From Gemmatimonadales bacterium (GTDB taxonomy: Bacteria; Gemmatimonadota; Gemmatimonadetes; Gemmatimonadales; GWC2-71-9), in contig DASWHL010000137.1 of assembly GCA_036398175.1 (NCBI GenBank), positions 8,295 to 72,294 on the forward strand: a DNA stretch of 64,000 nucleotides, written 5' to 3'. Each line of letters begins with the position of its first letter. The first letter of the stretch is position 1. A model generated the notes under the pieces. The model saw only the letters and a program-made list of their open reading frames with translations, did not search any database and was not told the origin of the DNA. Below, one piece after another: positions 29,228 to 38,665 of the stretch. The position numbers were made by a program, and so were the translations under genes.

Positions 29228-30214
29228 ATGCCCACGATCACGTACCGGGACGCGCTCAACCATGCCCTGCGCGAGGAGATGCGGCGCGACCCGACGGTGT
29301 TCCTCATGGGCGAGGAAGTGGGGGTCTACCAGGGCGCGTACAAGGTGAGCCGCGGCCTGCTCGAGGAGTTCGGCCCGCAGCGGATCGTGGACACGCCCAT
29401 CGCCGAGCTGGGGTTCGCGGGCATTGGGGTGGGGGCCGCCATCGTGGGCATGCGTCCCGTGATCGAGTTCATGACGTGGAACTTCGCGCTCCTCGCCATT
29501 GACCAGGTGGTCAACTCGGCCGCCAAGATGCTGTACATGTCCGGCGGCCAGGTGCCCGTGCCCATCGTGTTCCGCGGCCCGGGCGGCGCGGCCCTTCAGC
29601 TCGGCGCCCAGCACTCACAGGCCTTCGATTCCTGGTTCGCGCACGTGCCCGGCCTCAAGGTGGTGGCCCCGGCCACCCCGTACGACGCCAAGGGCCTGCT
29701 CAAGTCGGCCATCCGGGACGACAACCCGGTCGTGTTCCTCGAAGGCGAGATGCTGTACAACATGAAGGGCGAGGTGCCGGAGGAGGAGTACACGATCCCG
29801 CTCGGCGCCGCCGACGTGAAGCGGTCGGGCTCGGACGTGACGATCGTCTGTCACTCCAAGACCGTGGCCGTGGCCCTCAAGGCCGCGGACCGCCTGGCGC
29901 GCGACCATGGACTCGAAGCCGACGTCGTGGACCTCCGCACGCTGCGTCCGCTCGACGTCCCGACGCTGCGGGAGAGCCTGCACCGCACCAACCGGTGCGT
30001 GGTGGTCGAGGAGGGCTGGCCCTTCTGCGGCATCGGCGCCCAGGTCGTGGACGATCTCCAGCGCGAGGCCTTTGACGACCTCGACGCGCCCATCCTGCGC
30101 GTCACGCAGGCGGACGTGCCCATGCCGTACAACAAACTGCTCGAGCGGGCCGCCAAGCCCACTCCCGACCAGGTGATCGCGGCCGCGCGGCGCGTCGCCT
30201 ACCTCGACCGGTGA
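29228..30214 (+). CDS. pdhB: pyruvate (2-oxoacid) dehydrogenase E1 beta subunit
   Basis: MPTITYRDALNHALREEMRRDPTVFLMGEEVG...RIVDTPIAELGFAGIGVGAA, a typical E1-beta sequence. Confidence 0.95.
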   Translation: MPTITYRDALNHALREEMRRDPTVFLMGEEVGVYQGAYKVSRGLLEEFGPQRIVDTPIAELGFAGIGVGAAIVGMRPVIEFMTWNFALLAIDQVVNSAAKMLYMSGGQVPVPIVFRGPGGAALQLGAQHSQAFDSWFAHVPGLKVVAPATPYDAKGLLKSAIRDDNPVVFLEGEMLYNMKGEVPEEEYTIPLGAADVKRSGSDVTIVCHSKTVAVALKAADRLARDHGLEADVVDLRTLRPLDVPTLRESLHRTNRCVVVEEGWPFCGIGAQVVDDLQREAFDDLDAPILRVTQADVPMPYNKLLERAAKPTPDQVIAAARRVAYLDR

Positions 30215-30221
30215 GGCGCCC

Positions 30222-31418
30222 ATGATCACCAAGGTCGTGATGGAGGCCCTCTCACCCACCATGGAAGAAGGGCGCCTCGCGCAGTGGCTCAAGAAGGAAG
30301 GCGACGCTGTGAAGACCGGTGACGTCCTGGCCGAGGTGGAGACCGACAAGGCCATCATGGAACTGCCCGCGCGCGGCGACGGTATCCTGCGCAAGATTCT
30401 GGTCGGCGACGGCGAGACGACCGAGGTCGGGAATCTGGTAGCCGTCATTGCGGGGCCGGATGACGACATTGCGGCAGTAGTGGGGCAGGACGGGCAGAGG
30501 CGGGCGAGCGAGGCCCCGGCCACGGCTGCCCGCACTGCCCCCGCGGTCAGTCCTGCCGCGGGCGGGGAGGAAGGCGCGAGGATCAAGGCCTCACCCCTGG
30601 CCCGCCGGGTGGCGGGAGAGAAGGGCCTGGACCTCCGCCGCGTGGAAGGCTCCGGTCCCGCTGGGCGCATCGTCAAGCGCGACGTAGACGCCGCCCTCCC
30701 TGCGCCCGCCGCCCTCACCGCCCCGGCCGGCGGGGCAGAAGGGTGGGAAGACGTCCGCCTTTCCCAGGTCCGCAAGACCATCGCGCGCCGGCTCACGCAG
30801 TCGCTGGCACCGATCCCGCACTTCTTCCTCACGGCCGAGGTGGACATGGAACGCGCGGCGGAGGCGCGGGACGTCCTCAACGCCGCGGGCGACGTCCGGA
30901 TCTCGTTCAACGACATCGTGGTCAAGGTCGTCGCCATGGCGCTGCGCCAGCACCGCGCGTGCAACGCGTGGTGGCAGGGGGACACCATCCGGTACTTCCA
31001 CGACGTCCACATCGGCGTCGCGGTGGCGATTGACGAGGGGTTGATCACGCCGGTGATCCGGCACGCGGACCGCAAGTCGCTGCGGGCCATCGCGGAGGAG
31101 ACCGGCCGCCTCGCCGAGCGCGCGCGCGCGCGCAAGCTCGCGCCCGAGGAATACACGGGCAGCACGTTCTCGATCTCCAACCTCGGTATGTTCGGCATCG
31201 CCGAGTTCACGGCCGTGATCAACCCGCCCGAGGCGGGCATTCTGGCCGTCGGCGCCATCACGCCGACGCCCGTGGCGCACGACGGTACGGTCACGATCCG
31301 GCGGCGCATGCGGGTCACCATGAGCTGCGATCACCGCATCATTGACGGGGCGACGGGCGCCCGGTTCCTGCAGACGGTGCGCCGGATGCTCGAGCAGCCC
31401 CTCGCCATCGTCTGGTAG
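30222..31418 (+). CDS. pdhC: dihydrolipoamide acetyltransferase E2 (single lipoyl domain)
   Basis: Lipoyl motif EVETDKA, subunit-binding ASPLARRVAGEKGLDL, catalytic DHRIIDGA. Confidence 0.95.
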   Translation: MITKVVMEALSPTMEEGRLAQWLKKEGDAVKTGDVLAEVETDKAIMELPARGDGILRKILVGDGETTEVGNLVAVIAGPDDDIAAVVGQDGQRRASEAPATAARTAPAVSPAAGGEEGARIKASPLARRVAGEKGLDLRRVEGSGPAGRIVKRDVDAALPAPAALTAPAGGAEGWEDVRLSQVRKTIARRLTQSLAPIPHFFLTAEVDMERAAEARDVLNAAGDVRISFNDIVVKVVAMALRQHRACNAWWQGDTIRYFHDVHIGVAVAIDEGLITPVIRHADRKSLRAIAEETGRLAERARARKLAPEEYTGSTFSISNLGMFGIAEFTAVINPPEAGILAVGAITPTPVAHDGTVTIRRRMRVTMSCDHRIIDGATGARFLQTVRRMLEQPLAIVW

Positions 31419-31435
31419 CAGAGACGGGGGAGACC

Positions 31436-32830
31436 GTGTCCAAGACGTTCGACGTCATCATCCTCGGCGGCGGCCCCGCCGGGTACGTGTGCGCCATTCG
31501 CTGCGCCCAGCTCGGCCTCACCACCGCCGTGGTCGAGCGCGACAAGCTGGGCGGCGTGTGCGTCAACATCGGGTGCATCCCGAGCAAGGCCCTGCTCCAC
31601 TCGGCGCGGGTCGCCAGCATCATCAAGCACGACGCCGCGGCGCTCGGCATCACCACCGGCGAGGTGAAGCTCGACTACAAGGTCGCCATGCAGCGGTCCC
31701 GCCAGGTCAGCGAGCAGAACGCCAAGGGCGTCGAGTTCCTGATGAAGAAGCACAAGGTGACCGTGATCCGCGGCTCCGGCGTCCTCCAGAAAGGGCGCAA
31801 GGTCAAGGTCGGCGACGACGTCTACACGGCCGGCAAGGCGGTGGTCCTCGCCACGGGCTCGCGCGTCAAGGGACTTCCGCAGGTGGGCCTCGAGATCAAC
31901 AAGACCACCGTGATCTCCACGGATGAGGCCCTGATGCTCGAGCAGGCGCCCGCGAGCCTCGCCATCGTCGGCGCGGGCGCGGTCGGCATGGAGTTCGCCG
32001 ACATCTTCGACGCGTTCGGCAGCGAGGTCACGCTGATCGAGGTCCTGCCCCGCATCCTGCCGCTCGAGGATGCCGAGTCGTCCGCCGCGCTGGCACGGGT
32101 CTACAAGAAGCGCGGGATCCGGGTGCTGGCCGGCGCCAGGGTGAAGGGCGCCAAGGGCGGCAAGACCGGCGTCACGCTCGAGGTCGAGGCGAACGGCAAG
32201 ACCGAATCCCTCGCGGTCGAGAAGGTGCTCATGGCGGCGGGCCGCGGGCTCAACGTCGAGGACATCGGCCTCGACGCGGCGGGCGTCACGCTCACCGACC
32301 GCGGGTTCGTCCAGGTGGACGACGCGCTGCGCACCACCGCCGACGGCGTGTTCGCGATCGGCGATATCGCCGGCCCGCCCATGCTCGCCCACAAGGGCAG
32401 CCGCGAGGGGGTGGTCGTTGCGGAGACCATCGCCGGGCACCGGCCGCATCGCATCCGGTACGACAACGTCCCGTCGGTCACCTACTGCCACCCCGAGGTG
32501 GCGAGCATCGGGCTCACGGAAGAGGCCTGCAAGGACAAGCAGCTCGCGTATCAGGTGGGCAAGTTCCCGCTCACCGCCAACGGCCGCGCCCGCGCGGCCA
32601 TCGAGACGGACGGCTTCGTCAAGATCATCCGCGACACGAAGTACGGCGAGATCCTCGGCGCCCACATCGTGGCGTCGCACGCCAGCGAGATGATCCACGA
32701 GCTGGTCGTGGCCCGCGAGAACGAGTACACGGTGGACGAGGTGGACCTCGCCATCCACGCCCACCCGACCCTGTCCGAGGCCGTGGCGGAGGCCGCGCTC
32801 GACTCGCTCGGCCGGGTGCTGCACACGTAG
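31436..32830 (+). CDS. lpdA: dihydrolipoyl dehydrogenase E3
   Basis: GTG 31436. DVIILGGGPAGY, redox disulfide GGVCVNIGCIPSK, and C-terminal HAHPTLSE. Confidence 0.95.
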   Translation: MSKTFDVIILGGGPAGYVCAIRCAQLGLTTAVVERDKLGGVCVNIGCIPSKALLHSARVASIIKHDAAALGITTGEVKLDYKVAMQRSRQVSEQNAKGVEFLMKKHKVTVIRGSGVLQKGRKVKVGDDVYTAGKAVVLATGSRVKGLPQVGLEINKTTVISTDEALMLEQAPASLAIVGAGAVGMEFADIFDAFGSEVTLIEVLPRILPLEDAESSAALARVYKKRGIRVLAGARVKGAKGGKTGVTLEVEANGKTESLAVEKVLMAAGRGLNVEDIGLDAAGVTLTDRGFVQVDDALRTTADGVFAIGDIAGPPMLAHKGSREGVVVAETIAGHRPHRIRYDNVPSVTYCHPEVASIGLTEEACKDKQLAYQVGKFPLTANGRARAAIETDGFVKIIRDTKYGEILGAHIVASHASEMIHELVVARENEYTVDEVDLAIHAHPTLSEAVAEAALDSLGRVLHT

Positions 32831-32834
32831 CGCG

Positions 32835-33218
32835 GTGCGATCGGTCGTGGCCCCCGACCTCATCGGCGTCGCGCTGGGCGCCCTGGCGGCCGGCGCCGCG
32901 GGGGGAGCGGGTGCCGTCACGCTGGCGCTCGCCGTCCTGCGCACCCGCCTCGAGTACCTCCTGCCGCTCCTCGTGTTCGGGGGTATCGTGACGGCCGCGG
33001 CGCTGGCGTGGCGGCTCGCGGCCCCCATCACCGACTGGTGGCGGCGCGGCCTCACGGCGGTCCTCGCCGTATTCGGGGCGCTGATGCTCACCGCCCTCTC
33101 CGCCCCCGCCGACCGGATCGCGGGCATCACCGGCCTGCTGGCCCTGGCCGCGGCGCTGCTCGGCGCCGCGGGGCTCGCCGCGCGGCACAGCGTCCGGAGC
33201 CGAGCGCGTGACGCCTGA
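32835..33218 (+). CDS. hypothetical membrane protein
   Basis: 127 aa, GTG start 4 nt after the lpdA stop. Four Ala/Leu/Gly-rich hydrophobic stretches. Overlaps the lipB start by 11 nt. Composition is close to the GC-bias background, so coding status is uncertain. Confidence 0.45.
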   Translation: MRSVVAPDLIGVALGALAAGAAGGAGAVTLALAVLRTRLEYLLPLLVFGGIVTAAALAWRLAAPITDWWRRGLTAVLAVFGALMLTALSAPADRIAGITGLLALAAALLGAAGLAARHSVRSRARDA

Positions 33219-33903
33219 CCTCGGGATCGTGGCCCTCGGACGGATGGCGTACGGCGAGGCCCTGGCACTCCAGCGCGACGTCGCCGCCCGGCGGATCGCC
33301 GGCACGCTCGACCACGACGTGCTGCTCCTCGTCGAGCATCCGCCGGTCATCACCCTCGGGCGTGGCTTCCAGCCCCGGAACCTGCCCATCCAGCGCGACG
33401 CGCTCGCGCGGCGCGGGATCGAAGTGCACGAGATTGACCGGGGCGGCGACGTCACGTTCCACGGGCCGGGACAGCTCGTGGGCTACCCGATCTTCGACCT
33501 GGGGGGCCATCGCCGCGACCTGCACTGGTTCCTGCGGCAGATGGAGGAGGCGCTGATCACGGCGCTCGCCGGCTTCGGGATCCCTGGCGAGCGCGCGGCG
33601 GGCTACACCGGCGTGTGGACCCGCGGCCGCAAGATCGCGAGCATCGGCATCCACGTCCGACAGTGGGTGACGTGGCACGGCTTCGCGCTCAACGTCACGA
33701 CCGATCTCTCGTACTTCGACCTCATCGTCCCCTGCGGCATCCCCGACGTCACGATGACCAGCATGCAGCGCGAGCTGGCCGAACGGTTCCCACCCAACGG
33801 CTGGAACCGAACCGTGGACAGCGTGGTGCTCGCATTCTGCGACGTCTTCGGAATGCGGCCACTCCTGGACCCGCTGGACGCCGAGTCTAGCGCGTCCCCA
33901 TGA
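33208..33903 (+). CDS. lipB: octanoyltransferase
   Basis: 231 aa. VEHPPVITLGRG, RGGDVTFHGPGQLVGYP, RKIASIGIHV, IVPCGI. Confidence 0.9.
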   Translation: MTPDLGIVALGRMAYGEALALQRDVAARRIAGTLDHDVLLLVEHPPVITLGRGFQPRNLPIQRDALARRGIEVHEIDRGGDVTFHGPGQLVGYPIFDLGGHRRDLHWFLRQMEEALITALAGFGIPGERAAGYTGVWTRGRKIASIGIHVRQWVTWHGFALNVTTDLSYFDLIVPCGIPDVTMTSMQRELAERFPPNGWNRTVDSVVLAFCDVFGMRPLLDPLDAESSASP

Positions 33904-35269
33904 GCTGGAAGAAGCGCCCGAACACCCGGACGCCCTTCCAGATCTGTTCCACACTGAGCTTCTCATCCGGCGCGTGCAGCCGATCATCCGGCAACCCGAT
34001 GCCGGAGAGAATCACGGGCGCGCCGGCCTTGCCCAGCTCGGGGACGATCGGGATGGAGCCCCCGGACCGGACCGGCACGACGCCGCGGCCCTCTACTTCC
34101 TCGAACGCGCGGCTGAGCAGCTCGATGGGCGCCGACTCGACGTCCACCACAACCGGGTCCGCACCGTGGACGAACGTGAGGGTCACGTCGGCGTACGCCG
34201 GAGACGCGGCCTTCACGGCCCTGGCGAGCAGCTTCTGCACCTTCTTCTCGGTCTGCTTCGGAACCAGCCGCAGGCTGATCTTGGCGGTGGCCTCGGCGGG
34301 AATCACCGTCTTGGCCCCCTCACCGGTGAACCCGCCCTTGATGCCGTGGATCTCCAACGTCGGGAGCGCCCAGAGTCGCTCGAACACCGAGTACTTCGTG
34401 AGCCCCGTGAGCGCCTTCGCGCCCACCTCCTCGCGCTGGAACCGCCGCTCGTTGAACGGCAGCTTGCTCCACGCGTCACGGACCTGCTTGGGCGGCCGCT
34501 CCACCAGCTCGTACAGCCCCGGGACCTTGATCCGGCCGTCCGGACCCTTGAGCGCGGCCAGGATACGAGCCAGCGCCTCGTGCGCGTTGGGCGCGGCACC
34601 CCCGTACAGCCCGGAGTGCAGGTCCGCCCGCGCCGTGCGGACCTTGAGCTCCGCGTAGCAGAGGCCCCGCAGGCCGGTCTCCACCGCGGGCCAGCCGGGC
34701 GCGTAGTACGGCGTGTCGGCAACGAGCACCGCGTCCGCCCGCACGCGCTCCGGCTCGCGGCCGAGGAGGTCGAAGAGCACCTTGCTGCCGCTTTCCTCCT
34801 GGCCCTCGATGAGGAACCGGAGATTCACGGGCGCCGCACCCTGCGCCAGCACGGCCTCGAACGCCTTGATGATCGCAAACGTCTGGCCCTTGTCGTCGGT
34901 GGCGCCGCGCGCGTAGATGTTCCCGTCCCGCACGGTCGGCTCGAACGGCGGGCTGGTCCACTCGTCCAGCGGGTCCGGCGGCTGCACGTCGTAGTGGCCG
35001 TACACGAGCACCGTCGGCTTCCCCGGCGCGGGCGGCCCCTCGGCCCAGACCACCGGATGCGTGTCGCTGGCGAGGTATTCCACTCTCGGGCAGCCGAGCG
35101 CGCGCAGGTGATTCCCCACCCACTCCGCCGCCCGGCGGCAGTCGCCGTCGTGCGCGGGATCCGTGGAGATGCTCGGAATCCGGAGCAGCGCCTTCAGCTC
35201 CTCCACCATGCGGTCGCGATGCACCGCCACGAACGATTCGAAACCCGACATGATGATGTCCTTTTGCAT
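33887..35269 (-). CDS. M20 family dipeptidase/metallohydrolase
   Basis: Real part of track ORF 33887..36631. ATG 35269 (MQKDIIMSGFESF; ATG 35251 is an alternative). YGHYDVQPPDP, ARGATDDKGQ, EGQEESGS. Confidence 0.85.
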   Translation of the reverse strand: MQKDIIMSGFESFVAVHRDRMVEELKALLRIPSISTDPAHDGDCRRAAEWVGNHLRALGCPRVEYLASDTHPVVWAEGPPAPGKPTVLVYGHYDVQPPDPLDEWTSPPFEPTVRDGNIYARGATDDKGQTFAIIKAFEAVLAQGAAPVNLRFLIEGQEESGSKVLFDLLGREPERVRADAVLVADTPYYAPGWPAVETGLRGLCYAELKVRTARADLHSGLYGGAAPNAHEALARILAALKGPDGRIKVPGLYELVERPPKQVRDAWSKLPFNERRFQREEVGAKALTGLTKYSVFERLWALPTLEIHGIKGGFTGEGAKTVIPAEATAKISLRLVPKQTEKKVQKLLARAVKAASPAYADVTLTFVHGADPVVVDVESAPIELLSRAFEEVEGRGVVPVRSGGSIPIVPELGKAGAPVILSGIGLPDDRLHAPDEKLSVEQIWKGVRVFGRFFQLMGTR

Positions 35270-35377
35270 GGTGCGGACTGACGGCCTGGTGACGCCAAAA
35301 TCTAGCCGGACGTCCCGGGACTTGCCGACTTCGCCGGCAACGCGTCTATTCGAGCCGTCCGACGGAGGAGGCCCAGC

Positions 35378-36634
35378 ATGTCCGCCATGAGATCCACGAT
35401 GGCCACCGGGGCCATCGTTCGCAGCCAGTTCGACACGGCCGCGGACCTTGCCCAGCTCGACGTCGCCCAGCGCCGCCTGCTGTGCGGGCCGTTCCGGTCC
35501 GTGACTGTGGACGTGCCCGTCCGCATGGACGATGGCCGCATCGAGGTGTACCGTGGCTACCGGATCCAGCACAGCGGCGCGCGGGGACCGTGCAAGGGCG
35601 GCATCCGGTTCCACCCCGAGGCCGACCAGGAAGAAGTGCTCGGCCTCGCCACCACCATGACCTGGAAGACCGCCCTGGCCGACGTGCCGTTCGGCGGCGC
35701 CAAGGGCGGCGTCCAGGTGGACCCGCGGGCCCTCTCCCCGCGCGAGCTGGAAGCCCTGACCCGCACCTTCACGGGACGCATCTCCCTGATGCTCGGGCCC
35801 TACCGCGACGTCCCGGCGCCCGACATGGGCACGAACCAGCAGGTCATGGCCTGGCTGCTCGACGAGTACTCGAAACGGAACGGCTACACGCCCGCCGTCG
35901 TGACCGGCAAGCCCATCGCGCTCGGCGGCTCGCTCGGCCGCGAGGAGGCCACCGCCCAGGGCGTCGTGTACGTCATGGAAGCCTACGCGGCCGACGAAGG
36001 GCTCCCCATCGAGGGCAGCCGGGTCGTCATTCAGGGATTCGGCAACGTGGGCGCGCAGACCGCCCGGCTGCTGCACGAGCGCGGCGCCCACGTCATCGCC
36101 GTGACCGACGTGGACGGCGGCCTGCACCACGACACGGGCCTCGACGTCCCCAACCTCTTCGAGCACGCGTACCGCCAGCGCCGCCCGGTGGCCGAGTTCC
36201 CCGGCGGCGATCCGCTCACCAACGACGCGCTCTGGCGGGTCCCCTGTGACTGGCTCATTCCGGCCGCCCTGGGCGGCGTCATCTGCAAGGACCGCAACGT
36301 GGACGGCCTCGAGTGCCGGGTCGTCGTGGAAGCGGCCAACGCGCCTACCACGCCAATCGCGGACAAGGAGCTGGAATCCCGCGGTATCCCGGTGCTGCCG
36401 GACTTCCTGGTCAACGCCGGCGGCGTGATCGTGAGCTACTTCGAGTGGGTGCAGAACCTCCAGCAGCATCCGTGGACCTTCGAGCGGGTCAACGAGGAGC
36501 TGCACCGCAAGATCACCCACGCCTATCGTATCGTGCGGGACCTCCGCGCCCGGACCGACGCCTCCTGGCGCACCGCCGCCTACGCCATCGCTCTCCAGCG
36601 CGTGGCCGAAGCCGAGCGCCTCCGAGGCCACTAG
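35378..36634 (+). CDS. gdhA: Glu/Leu/Phe/Val dehydrogenase (glutamate dehydrogenase)
   Basis: 418 aa. GGAGGAGG SD. KGGIRFHP, PFGGAKGG, and NAD fold QGFGNVG. Confidence 0.95.
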   Translation: MSAMRSTMATGAIVRSQFDTAADLAQLDVAQRRLLCGPFRSVTVDVPVRMDDGRIEVYRGYRIQHSGARGPCKGGIRFHPEADQEEVLGLATTMTWKTALADVPFGGAKGGVQVDPRALSPRELEALTRTFTGRISLMLGPYRDVPAPDMGTNQQVMAWLLDEYSKRNGYTPAVVTGKPIALGGSLGREEATAQGVVYVMEAYAADEGLPIEGSRVVIQGFGNVGAQTARLLHERGAHVIAVTDVDGGLHHDTGLDVPNLFEHAYRQRRPVAEFPGGDPLTNDALWRVPCDWLIPAALGGVICKDRNVDGLECRVVVEAANAPTTPIADKELESRGIPVLPDFLVNAGGVIVSYFEWVQNLQQHPWTFERVNEELHRKITHAYRIVRDLRARTDASWRTAAYAIALQRVAEAERLRGH

Positions 36635-37722
36635 GGAACGTTGATCAGCGCGTCGAGGACGGCAAACGGGTCGCGGGTCCCCGCGGTGTCGAGGGCGGCG
36701 GCCATCCGCTCCATGACCTGGCGGACACTGTTGCCGTTCTGCTGGTAAAGGGCCTCGAACCGGGCGAGCCGCGTGCGGTAGATCGTGGTCGCCACCACGG
36801 TGGCGTTATTTAGCGTGTTGGCCGCGAGCCGCGCGCCGTCGTAGCGCTCGAGCGTCCCGTCCAGGCCGCTCGCGAGCCGCGCCCGCGCGCCCCCGTAGTG
36901 GTGGGCGCGCACGGAATCCAGCGCCGGGCCCGCAGGATGCCGCGCGTACGCGGCGCGCAGCGAGTCCACCAGGGCCGCGTAGAACGCGCCCAGCCGGATC
37001 TCGTCCCGCCACACGCCCGCCACCCAGGCCACCGCGGCGGCGTCTCCCCGGGCCCGGAAGAACGCCTCCGCGCCGCGATACCCCACGAAGTGCGCCAGGC
37101 TCTCGTCGAAGGGCGTGGCGTTCGGCACGTAGAGTGTCGTGTGCGTCATCTCGTGGATCACGGTCTCGACGACGGCCGCCCGATGGCCGCGCACCGTCGT
37201 CGAGAGCAACGGGTCCTTGAACCAGCCGAGCGTCGAGAACGCCGAAGCGGGGCGGAGCGACGTGTCATACCCCCGGGCCTCGAAGTCCCGCGCCGCGGCC
37301 TCGGCGCGCGCCCGCGAAAAGAAGCCGCGGTACGGCACCGCGCCCACGATGGGGAACCACCAGCGGTGAGGATCGAGTGAGTGCTTGGGCGCGGCCGACA
37401 GCACCAACACGAGCGTGTCGCGGCCCACCTCGGCGAACGTCGTGAACGACGGGCCGGGCGTGAGCCCGAGCGCGGTGTCCGCGAAGGCGCGGGCCTCGAT
37501 CACGAGCCGCATGTTCTCGCGCCAGGCCGCCGGCAGCGTCGAATCCGCCAGGGCCTCGGTGAGGGGGCGCCGCCGCAGCATCAGCCGGCCTTGCTCGTAC
37601 GCGCCGCGCAGCACGAACCGGACATCCGAAGAGAGTGCCACGGCCAGCACGAGAACGATCACCACGGCGGCGGCCGCCCAGGCCGCGAGGCGGCGCCAGG
37701 CGCGCCACCCGGAGACCCTCAC
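36631..37722 (-). CDS. predicted zinc aminopeptidase (PF10023/DUF2265-like)
   Basis: Track ORF trimmed to GTG 37722 (GTGA overlap with the upstream stop). N-terminal TM segment. FSTLGWFKDPLLSTT, then HExxH in VIHEMTHTTLYV, then FDESLAHFVG. Confidence 0.7.
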   Translation of the reverse strand: MRVSGWRAWRRLAAWAAAAVVIVLVLAVALSSDVRFVLRGAYEQGRLMLRRRPLTEALADSTLPAAWRENMRLVIEARAFADTALGLTPGPSFTTFAEVGRDTLVLVLSAAPKHSLDPHRWWFPIVGAVPYRGFFSRARAEAAARDFEARGYDTSLRPASAFSTLGWFKDPLLSTTVRGHRAAVVETVIHEMTHTTLYVPNATPFDESLAHFVGYRGAEAFFRARGDAAAVAWVAGVWRDEIRLGAFYAALVDSLRAAYARHPAGPALDSVRAHHYGGARARLASGLDGTLERYDGARLAANTLNNATVVATTIYRTRLARFEALYQQNGNSVRQVMERMAAALDTAGTRDPFAVLDALINVP

Positions 37723-38654
37723 ACCCGGAACCGGAGCCCGATCCGCTGCTCGCCCCCGCCGAGCAGGACCGTAGGCGTGTAGGCGTAATCCACGGTGAGC
37801 GCGCCCATCGTGACGCTCAAGCCCCCCGTGAAGCGGGAGAGCGCAGCATCCGCCGGGCGCGAGCCGTACGCCCCGCGCGCCAGAACGCCCACCCCCTGCA
37901 CCACGATCCCGCCCTCCAGGCCCACGATCAGCCGCGTGGCCGCGGCCTGGGGCCACTGGAGCTCGATCGTGGACATGAGGCGAAACGTCTCGAGCGGATC
38001 CACGTAGTTCATCGTGAACCCGAGCCGCGTGAGCCGGGGAAGCGCCATGGCGCTCTCGCCGTCCCAGTTCCCGCTCACGTTCTGCACCGCAAACCCGAGC
38101 GCCGCGAGGTCGAACAGCGCGATCGCCACCCCCACGTCGCCCGAGAGGCCGTGCGCGCGCAGGTCCGCCACCCGCTGGTCCACGGTCTTGACGGTGCCCC
38201 CGAAGGCCAGCAGCCCGAGCCGATAGATCAGGGTGCCGCTCGCGAGCAGCTCCCGCGCGGCCACGCTGGCGCCGGTCGGTAGCCCCGTCACGCCACCCGT
38301 GGCCGGGTCCGGCACCAGTTCGGGCTCGCTGCCGTAGTCGAAATGCTGGAGGCCCAGCCCCAGGTTCAGCTGGCCGATCCGGATGCCCATCGCGCCGCTG
38401 GCCTGATGCGCGTCGAACGGCGCGCCGTGGTAGCCCGCCTCGAGGGCGAGGCCGCGTACCAGCGCCAGGCCGGCGGGGTTGGCGAACACGGCGCCCGCGT
38501 CCCCCATCAGCGCCGCACCGGCCCCGCCGAGCCCCGCGGCCCGCACGGTGGCCGGATTCTGGAGCAGCTGCGGCCCCAGCAGGGACTGCGCGGCCACGGC
38601 CGGGGCCAGGAGCGCCGACAGCGCCAGGGCATGTGCGCCGATGGCGGCCCGCAC
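37719..38654 (-). CDS. PorV/PorQ (UPF0164)-superfamily outer-membrane beta-barrel, short form
   Basis: 311 aa. Signal MRAAIGAHALALSALLAPAVAAQ. GGAGAALMGDAGAVFANPAGLA near the N-terminus, LTVDYAYTP near the C-terminus, alternating beta pattern, ends GLRFRV. Confidence 0.6.
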   Translation of the reverse strand: MRAAIGAHALALSALLAPAVAAQSLLGPQLLQNPATVRAAGLGGAGAALMGDAGAVFANPAGLALVRGLALEAGYHGAPFDAHQASGAMGIRIGQLNLGLGLQHFDYGSEPELVPDPATGGVTGLPTGASVAARELLASGTLIYRLGLLAFGGTVKTVDQRVADLRAHGLSGDVGVAIALFDLAALGFAVQNVSGNWDGESAMALPRLTRLGFTMNYVDPLETFRLMSTIELQWPQAAATRLIVGLEGGIVVQGVGVLARGAYGSRPADAALSRFTGGLSVTMGALTVDYAYTPTVLLGGGEQRIGLRFRV

Positions 38655-38665
38655 GACACGTACCG

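Noticed and set aside
35270-36631. N-terminal 450 aa of track ORF 33887..36631 (and likewise 11046..12452 of ORF 10755..12452)
   Set aside because: These extensions run antisense to gdh (and to tdk/coaE). The real genes are only the C-terminal parts, starting at internal ATGs with family-typical N-termini (the M20 peptidase and HU).
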